Shown here piece after piece: positions 57,775 to 64,000 of a DNA stretch of 64,000 nt; positions within the stretch are counted from its first letter, which is position 1; each line of letters begins with the position of its first letter. The stretch is taken from assembly GCA_021108435.1 (NCBI GenBank), contig JAIOQY010000198.1:5507-69506 (forward strand), written 5' to 3'. The notes under the pieces are model-generated. The model was given only the letters and a program-made list of their open reading frames with translations. It was not told where the DNA came from and ran no database searches. The position numbers were made by a program, and so were the translations under genes. This DNA is from Candidatus Aegiribacteria sp. (GTDB lineage: Bacteria; Fermentibacterota; Fermentibacteria; Fermentibacterales; JCC-6).

Positions 57775-58677
57775 TTGTTCAAGAATTTCTTTGAAATCAG
57801 ACAGGCCGCAAAAGACATTTCCGATGCCAGGGTGGCCGTTCCGATGGGACATGATCCGGCTTCTATGAAAGCCCTGATTACCGCTGTGGAGGAGGATCTG
57901 GCCTCGGCTGTTGTTTTTGGTCCCGCATCGGGAGTGAAGGATACGCTTTCGATTCTGGGGATGAACCTTCCATCAGGAATAGAGATTGTTGATACGGAAG
58001 ATCAGGAGAAAGCAGCAGCAGATGCTGTAAGGATGGTCAGATCGGGAGAGGCTTCAATCCTTATGAAGGGCATGCTGAAAACTTCGATATTTCAGAAAGC
58101 CATGCTTGAACGTGATACAGGTCTTCGTACAGGTCGGGTTCTGAGCCATGTAGCTGTTGTGAGTGCGCCTGACATTGACAGATTGATCATAATCACCGAT
58201 GGAGGCATGAACATACGGCCTGAAGCTGACGAAGTCGTACAGATAGCACTCAATGCGTCCGATGTAATAATGAAACTGGGCGCGGAGAAACCCCTTGTTG
58301 CTCTGCTTGCCGCGATCGAGACAGAGAATCCCAAAATGCCCGAGACAATCCGCTTCTCTGAAGTAGCCAGGAGGGGTATTCCCGGACTGGAAGTTCTTGG
58401 ACCGGTGGCAGTTGATGGGGCTCTGGATCCTGAATCCGCGGCAGTGAAGAACATTACGGGACCGGTTGCCGGAAAAGCAAACATACTGATCACACCTGAT
58501 ATCGCATGCGGCAACATCCTGGCGAAAGGATTGATGTATATGGCTGGAGCGGAGATAGGGGGCCTGATCATGGGAGCGGCTGCTCCGGTGGTTATGCTTT
58601 CACGCTCTGATAAACCTCTGACAAAACTGAATTCTCTCGCTCTTGGAGTAGTAGTTTCCGGAGGATGCAATGTCTGA
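57775..58677 (+). CDS. ptb: Phosphate butyryltransferase / phosphate acyltransferase
   Basis: 300 aa of the PTA_PTB family (ASILMKGMLKTS, IITDGGMNI, PDIACGNILAK). TTG start. Immediately upstream of buk. Confidence 0.85.
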   Translation: MFKNFFEIRQAAKDISDARVAVPMGHDPASMKALITAVEEDLASAVVFGPASGVKDTLSILGMNLPSGIEIVDTEDQEKAAADAVRMVRSGEASILMKGMLKTSIFQKAMLERDTGLRTGRVLSHVAVVSAPDIDRLIIITDGGMNIRPEADEVVQIALNASDVIMKLGAEKPLVALLAAIETENPKMPETIRFSEVARRGIPGLEVLGPVAVDGALDPESAAVKNITGPVAGKANILITPDIACGNILAKGLMYMAGAEIGGLIMGAAAPVVMLSRSDKPLTKLNSLALGVVVSGGCNV

Positions 58678-59752
58678 GGAAGGAAGACTGATTCTTGCAA
58701 TCAATCCGGGAGGAACTTCTACAAAACTAGGTCTCTTCCGGGAAACAGAGCAGCTGTTTGAGAAAAACATCAGGCACCTGCCGGAAGAACTGGGCAAGTT
58801 TGAAACCACATTCGCTCAACATGAATTCCGAAAGAAAATTGTACTGAATACCCTTGCTGAAGCGGGACATGATATTTCAGACCTGAAGGCTGTTGTTGGT
58901 AGAGGCGGAGCTTTCAAACCATTGAAAAGCGGAACCTACAGGGTAAACAGAAAACTTGTTGATGATATACGGGAAGGAACAACTCTGCAGGCTGATCATC
59001 CGTCAAATCTCGGAGCCCTTCTTGCCTTCAGTATAGCGGAGCCTTTAGCGGTAGCCGCTTTTATTGTCGATCCTGTGTGCGTTGATGAAATGATTGACGA
59101 GGCAAGACTTTCCGGCCTCCCATGCCTTCCAAGAATCAGCCTGAGCCATGCTCTCAATATCCGGATGGTGGCGTATAAGGCAGCCGAAAGGCTTGAGAAA
59201 AACCTTGATGAAATCAATCTGGTTGTACTGCACCTCGGGAGCGGGATATCGGTAAATGCTCTGAGAAAAGGAAAAATGATTGATACCAGCCAGGCAAATG
59301 ATGGAGGTCCGTTCAGCCCTCAGAGAGTAGGGGCGCTTCCAACTACGGGCCTTGCCAGACTATGTTTTTCGGGAGACTATAACTGGAAAGACATGAAAAG
59401 AATGCTCCTGAAAGAAGGGGGCCTTTATGCCTATACGGGAACAGACCATGTCGGAGAAGCGGTGGAAAGAGCAGAAGAAGGAGACGAAACCGCCGATCTT
59501 GCGCTCAGGGCAATGGCTTATCAGATAATCAAGGAAGGTGGCGCGATGGCGGCTGCTCTTCACGGAGATGTAGATGCTGTTGTAATTACCGGAGGAATTG
59601 CGCATAACAGATGGATGACGGACAGGCTGAGGGAAGGCCTGGGATTCCTCGGAGATATGATTGTCTTCCCTGGCGAGGAGGAGCTGGAAGCTCTTGCCAG
59701 AGGAGTGCTGAGAGTTCTGGACTCAGTTGAGGAAGAAAAAACTTACGATTAG
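58670..59752 (+). CDS. buk: Butyrate (short/branched-chain acyl) kinase
   Basis: 360 aa. ILAINPGGTSTKLGLF (ASKHA phosphate-1) and VITGGIAHN. Overlaps the ptb end by 8 nt. Confidence 0.9.
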   Translation: MSEEGRLILAINPGGTSTKLGLFRETEQLFEKNIRHLPEELGKFETTFAQHEFRKKIVLNTLAEAGHDISDLKAVVGRGGAFKPLKSGTYRVNRKLVDDIREGTTLQADHPSNLGALLAFSIAEPLAVAAFIVDPVCVDEMIDEARLSGLPCLPRISLSHALNIRMVAYKAAERLEKNLDEINLVVLHLGSGISVNALRKGKMIDTSQANDGGPFSPQRVGALPTTGLARLCFSGDYNWKDMKRMLLKEGGLYAYTGTDHVGEAVERAEEGDETADLALRAMAYQIIKEGGAMAAALHGDVDAVVITGGIAHNRWMTDRLREGLGFLGDMIVFPGEEELEALARGVLRVLDSVEEEKTYD

Positions 59753-59769
59753 TTTCAGAAAGGCGGCAT

Positions 59770-61554
59770 ATGAGAAAAAAACTCAATACGATTGTAGATG
59801 GAACTCTCCTTCTCTCAGGAAACGAAGCCATCGCAAGAGGCGCCTGGGAGTCCGGCGTGCATTTCGCGTCAGCCTACCCCGGCACTCCTTCAACAGAGAT
59901 CCTTGAAGCAATTGGAGATGACTACGACGAGATTGACGCTCAATGGGCTCCCAATGAGAAAGTCAGTCTTGAGGTTATTGCGGGAGCGTCGTTTGCCGGA
60001 GCGAGAGTGTTATCCGCAATGAAGCATGTGGGGCTCAATGTAGCCGCTGACCCTCTTTTCACGCTCAGCTACATAGGAGCAACAGGTGGAATAGTCATAA
60101 TATCCGCGGATGATCCGGGTATGCATTCCAGCCAGAACGAACAGGACAACCGTCTTATGGCGAAAGCGGCAAAAGTAGTCTGCCTTGAACCTTCCGACAG
60201 CCAGGAAGCCAAAGACATGGTTGGAGAGGCTCTTTCGATATCAGAGGATTTCGACACCCCTGTTCTCATCAGAGTCACTACCAGAATCTGCCACTCAAAG
60301 AGTATCGTGAAGGTGGGCCCCCGCCGGGAAGTTCCAGTGAAGGGGTATGTGGCTGACATAGCAAAAAGAGTTCCTATCCCGTCGAACGCGAGGAAAATGC
60401 ATTCAAGAGTCGTTAAAAGACTCAAAGACCTTTCCGCCTGGGGTTCTGAAAGCTCTCTCAACTGGATTGAGGACGGCGACCGCTCTGTAGGTATCATAAC
60501 CAGCGGAATTTCGTACCAGTATGTAAAAGAGGTCTGCCCGGAAGCATGCCTGCTGAAGATAGGCATGTCTAATCCATTGCCCTGGAACCAGATAGAAAAA
60601 TTTGTCGGTATGGTTGACAAAGTGATCTTCGTTGAGGAAGGAGAGCCATTCCTTGAAGAAAGAGTACGTTCAAAATTCCTAATTCCCGCGATCGGCAAGG
60701 ATATTATTTCAAATGAGGGGGAACTGAATCCGGAATTAGTCAGGATAGCTCTCCATCCGGGTACGACAAAGACGATCACATTTTATGAACCGGAACTTCC
60801 CGCCAGACCTCCGGCGCTTTGCCCCGGCTGTCCCCATAGAGGCGCTTTTTACTGCCTGAGCAAGCTGAATGGCAGTTCCACCGGGGATATAGGCTGTTAC
60901 ACTCTGGGAATGATGCCGCCATATAATGCGCTTGAGACAACTGTCTGCATGGGCGCTTCTATTGGAGTACTGAGCGGGATTGAAAAAGCTGTTGGCAGAG
61001 AAGGAATGGGAAAACTCGTTGCCGCAATTGGAGAATCAACGTTTGTACATTCAGGGATTACCGGACTCATCGACATGGTTTACAATGGAAATACCGGTAC
61101 TGTAATGATAATGGACAACAGTCTTACTGCAATGACCGGCGGCCAGGAAAACCCCACGACAGGCAAGAATCTGAGGGGAGAACCCGCGCCAGTACTTGAT
61201 CTGGTCAAAATAGTTGAAGCCTGCGGAGTAAAGTATATCAAAGTTGTCGACCCTCATGACCTTGCGGAGATGGAGAAAACCTTCAAGGAGGAGTTCGAAA
61301 GAGACGAACTTTCAGTGATTATCACCAGGCGTCCCTGCGTGATGTGCTACAGACCCGTGAAGAAGAGCGTAGCCCTACTGGATCCGGAGAAATGCATAGG
61401 GTGCAAACTCTGCATGAAACTCGGATGTCCTGCTATCAGCTGGGAAGAGGACAAACCTGATATAAGCAAGCTTCTCTGCTGGCCTAATTGCGACCTTTGC
61501 GTTCAGGTTTGTCCTGTTGACGCTATCTCGAAGGACATGGAGGGATTGGAATGA
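59770..61554 (+). CDS. iorA: Indolepyruvate:ferredoxin oxidoreductase subunit alpha
   Basis: 594 aa. TPP-enzyme N-domain, GCPH/GDIGCYTLG region, and a C-terminal double CxxCxxC...CP ferredoxin-like insert (CIGCKLCMKLGCP; CDLCVQVCPVDAI). Confidence 0.88.
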   Translation: MRKKLNTIVDGTLLLSGNEAIARGAWESGVHFASAYPGTPSTEILEAIGDDYDEIDAQWAPNEKVSLEVIAGASFAGARVLSAMKHVGLNVAADPLFTLSYIGATGGIVIISADDPGMHSSQNEQDNRLMAKAAKVVCLEPSDSQEAKDMVGEALSISEDFDTPVLIRVTTRICHSKSIVKVGPRREVPVKGYVADIAKRVPIPSNARKMHSRVVKRLKDLSAWGSESSLNWIEDGDRSVGIITSGISYQYVKEVCPEACLLKIGMSNPLPWNQIEKFVGMVDKVIFVEEGEPFLEERVRSKFLIPAIGKDIISNEGELNPELVRIALHPGTTKTITFYEPELPARPPALCPGCPHRGAFYCLSKLNGSSTGDIGCYTLGMMPPYNALETTVCMGASIGVLSGIEKAVGREGMGKLVAAIGESTFVHSGITGLIDMVYNGNTGTVMIMDNSLTAMTGGQENPTTGKNLRGEPAPVLDLVKIVEACGVKYIKVVDPHDLAEMEKTFKEEFERDELSVIITRRPCVMCYRPVKKSVALLDPEKCIGCKLCMKLGCPAISWEEDKPDISKLLCWPNCDLCVQVCPVDAISKDMEGLE

Positions 61555-62129
61555 AACCCGTAACAAACGTGATCATATGCGGTACTGGAGGCCAGGGAAT
61601 TCTGCTTGCCAGCGAGATCTTATGCGAAGCGGCCAGACTGGCCGGGAATGACGTAAAGAAGAGCGAAGTTCACGGGATGGCTCAGAGAGGCGGAAGTGTT
61701 TCCAGTCATGTCAGATTCGGAGAGAAAGTGTACAGCCCGCTGGTGGAAAAAGGAACGGCCGATCTTATCCTTTCAATGGAGAAGATGGAGGCATTGAGGT
61801 GGGCGCCCTTCCTGAAACCCTCCGGAATCCTTCTATCATGTGATCTCGAGATCACACCTATGACAGTTAACACAGGATATGCTGTATATCCCGATGTGTT
61901 ATCCATGATGAAAGAGCAGGACATTCAATGCAAAATGATACCGGCGCTGGAGATAGCCGAGGAACTCGGTAACCTCAGAGTTGTCAATGTAGTGCTGATA
62001 GGAGCAGCATCTCCCTTTATTCCGATAAATGAGGATTACTGGTACAGGGCTGTCGAGGAAAGAGTTCCTCCAAAAGCTCTTGACGTGAACATTGAAGCGT
62101 TCAGAAAAGGAAGACATCTGTCAGTATGA
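61551..62129 (+). CDS. iorB: Indolepyruvate:ferredoxin oxidoreductase subunit beta
   Basis: 192 aa. ICGTGGQGILLAS...HGMAQRGGSV, typical of the gamma/IorB-type domain. Start overlaps the iorA stop. Confidence 0.88.
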   Translation: MKPVTNVIICGTGGQGILLASEILCEAARLAGNDVKKSEVHGMAQRGGSVSSHVRFGEKVYSPLVEKGTADLILSMEKMEALRWAPFLKPSGILLSCDLEITPMTVNTGYAVYPDVLSMMKEQDIQCKMIPALEIAEELGNLRVVNVVLIGAASPFIPINEDYWYRAVEERVPPKALDVNIEAFRKGRHLSV

Positions 62130-63532
62130 AGGTTCTGTTCCTGGTTCATGACCACATAACAATACCTCTGGGTATTGGCTACCTTGCATCGATTGTCAGT
62201 GATCTCGGGCACGAAATCAGAGCTCTTTCGATGAACACGAAGAATCTTACAGACAGCGTTCTGGAAGAGGTACCGGATATTCTGGCTTTTGGAACCACCA
62301 CAGGATTCCACAGGAAATACAGCGAAGTAGTGAAAAGGCTTAAAGAAGCAACGGGAGTTCTCACGATAATGGGAGGAGCACATCCGACTTTCTTTCCCGA
62401 GGTGCTTCTCGAGAATCCATGGCTTGATTACGCCATGCGTGGTGAAGCTGAGACAGCGTTTCCACAGTTTCTGGAGGCGCTGGAGGGAAGAAGATCGATC
62501 AGAGAGGTCGGTAACATTCTCTATCGGGAGAATGGACAGATACTTGAAAACCGAATCCTTCCATTAGTTGAAGACCTCGATACGATCCCGTTTCCCTATA
62601 GAGATCTGCTTCCTGGTGCGAACAGAAAGGCTGTATTCTGCATAACCGGCCGGGGATGTCCCTACGATTGCAGTTACTGTTTCAATGAGAGTTTCAGACA
62701 GATGTACAGAGGTCTCGGAAAGTACTGCAGAAGAAGATCAGTCGGAAATGTTATCGATGAACTGAAAGAACTGAAGGAAGGAAATACCGAACTTCAGATG
62801 ATAATTTTTCAGGATGACATCTTCATTCTTGATCACGACTGGGTCAGAGAATTCTGCAGGAAATACAGTATTGAAATCGCTCTCCCGTTTCACTGTCATC
62901 TCAGAGCCAATCTGGTCACGGATGAGATTATGGGGTTGCTGGCGAAAGCGGGATGCATCAGTGTGAAAATGGCGCTGGAAACCGCAAGTCCACGCCTGAG
63001 GAAGGAAGTGCTTAATCGAGATCTCAGTACTGAGGAACTGCTGAATGCCTGCCGGGCAGTGAAGGAAAGCGGCATCAAGCTGGTAACACAGAATATTCTC
63101 GGGATCCCCACCGGTACACTTGAAGATGACCTGGATACTCTCAGACTGAACTATGAAATACAACCGGATTTTGCTTTTGCGACACTGATGCAACCCTATC
63201 CACGCACAAAAATCTGTGAATTCAGCAAGGAACAGGGACTTCTGGGCGAAGAGGCATATATACCTGATTCTTTTTTTGATGATTGCATTCTGAAACTTCC
63301 TGACAACGACAGAAGAAAACGACTGCGTCAGTTATTCGCGCTCAGTATAGAATTCAAAACTGTACGGTACATGTTGAAAACACTGATAAGGTTGCCTTTT
63401 GATGGTCTTTACGAATTTCTGGATAAATTATGGAAGGGTTACTGTATCAAACAGAGAGAATTCCCCTACAAGCTCTCATTCAGAGAATACGTATCCAGTA
63501 TGATGACATATTTCAGAAGCAGGTACTATTAA
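62126..63532 (+). CDS. B12-binding-domain radical SAM enzyme (fourth class-B-like paralog in the window)
   Basis: 468 aa. MKVLFLVHDH... B12-like domain, then TGRGCPYDCSYC. The ATG overlaps the iorB stop (ATGA). Confidence 0.85.
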   Translation: MKVLFLVHDHITIPLGIGYLASIVSDLGHEIRALSMNTKNLTDSVLEEVPDILAFGTTTGFHRKYSEVVKRLKEATGVLTIMGGAHPTFFPEVLLENPWLDYAMRGEAETAFPQFLEALEGRRSIREVGNILYRENGQILENRILPLVEDLDTIPFPYRDLLPGANRKAVFCITGRGCPYDCSYCFNESFRQMYRGLGKYCRRRSVGNVIDELKELKEGNTELQMIIFQDDIFILDHDWVREFCRKYSIEIALPFHCHLRANLVTDEIMGLLAKAGCISVKMALETASPRLRKEVLNRDLSTEELLNACRAVKESGIKLVTQNILGIPTGTLEDDLDTLRLNYEIQPDFAFATLMQPYPRTKICEFSKEQGLLGEEAYIPDSFFDDCILKLPDNDRRKRLRQLFALSIEFKTVRYMLKTLIRLPFDGLYEFLDKLWKGYCIKQREFPYKLSFREYVSSMMTYFRSRYY

Positions 63533-63537
63533 AAAGA

Positions 63538-64000
63538 CTACAGGCCTATGTCTTCAGCAATTCCTTTCATGGCGACAAGCGCAATACCGACAAAAACATC
63601 AAGATCGTATCCGGCCTTTGAACAGTCCCTGATCGTATCTCTGGGAACAGATCTGGCGAATGCTGACATGTTCATCCTTTTAAGAACGGATTTCGGTTTG
63701 ACTGAAGCCAGCTTCCTGTCCGGGTATACAAGAGCAACAGCGACTATAAGGCCGGTGATGGATTCACCCGCCGCAAGAAGATAGTCGAAATCAGATTCTC
63801 TTTCTATTCCTGTGTACTCCGAGTTGTGAGACTGGATAGCGTGGATCGATTCGGAAGGGAGGTAATCAGCCAGCATCTCCGCTGCGACCATACCGTGCTT
63901 CTCAGGTTCGTCTGAAGTGAGTTCGTAATCAATATCATGAAGCAGACCGGTCATTCCCCAGAGATCGGGATCTTCTCCTCTGTCTATGGCGAGGGCGCGG
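63538..64000 (-). CDS. HD-domain phosphohydrolase; N-terminus lies outside the window
   Basis: The frame stays open upstream of Met 63954 to the window edge (...RALAIDRGEDPDLWGMTGLLHDIDYE...), so the HD motif sits in a longer protein. Confidence 0.7.
   Translation of the reverse strand, partial: RALAIDRGEDPDLWGMTGLLHDIDYELTSDEPEKHGMVAAEMLADYLPSESIHAIQSHNSEYTGIERESDFDYLLAAGESITGLIVAVALVYPDRKLASVKPKSVLKRMNMSAFARSVPRDTIRDCSKAGYDLDVFVGIALVAMKGIAEDIGL

Overview
This window covers the replication-origin neighbourhood of an uncultivated-looking, fermentative anaerobic bacterium. Gene orientation flips at about 44.3 kb. To the left, dnaA-dnaN-DUF721-gyrB-gyrA and everything down to 22.5 kb run on the minus strand. 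To the right, rpmH-rnpA-yidD-yidC-mnmE-mnmG-rsmG-parA-parB run on the plus strand. DnaA-box-like motifs sit in both intergenic regions flanking dnaA. Left of the origin block lie an orphan 1180-aa protein, an asparaginase, a bactofilin pair and a complete nine-gene bacterial V-type ATPase operon. The 5' third (0-18 kb) is envelope and glycan oriented. It holds the tail of a sugar transferase, a DegT aminotransferase, PAP2, DgkA, serS and a hybrid histidine kinase. It also holds a dense locus mixing three GT-2 enzymes, one ArnT/PMT-like GT-C enzyme, three B12-binding radical SAM enzymes and one SPASM-like radical SAM enzyme. The 3' end carries a tri-domain GT4-formyltransferase-deacetylase fusion and a ptb-buk-iorAB fermentation operon with a fourth B12-radical-SAM paralog translationally coupled to it. 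The non-coding signal I trust most is a pair of tandem c-di-GMP-I (GEMM-I)-like aptamers on the minus strand at about 6.9-7.1 kb, ahead of a tiny secreted protein. Other oddities are a shared C-terminal LExxTWxxIKxxF tail on two secreted proteins and a triple TTTTCCACA cluster 11-13 kb from the origin. I saw no rRNA, tRNA, CRISPR array, transposase or prophage signal. All calls come from reading the translations and sequence by eye; no database search was run.
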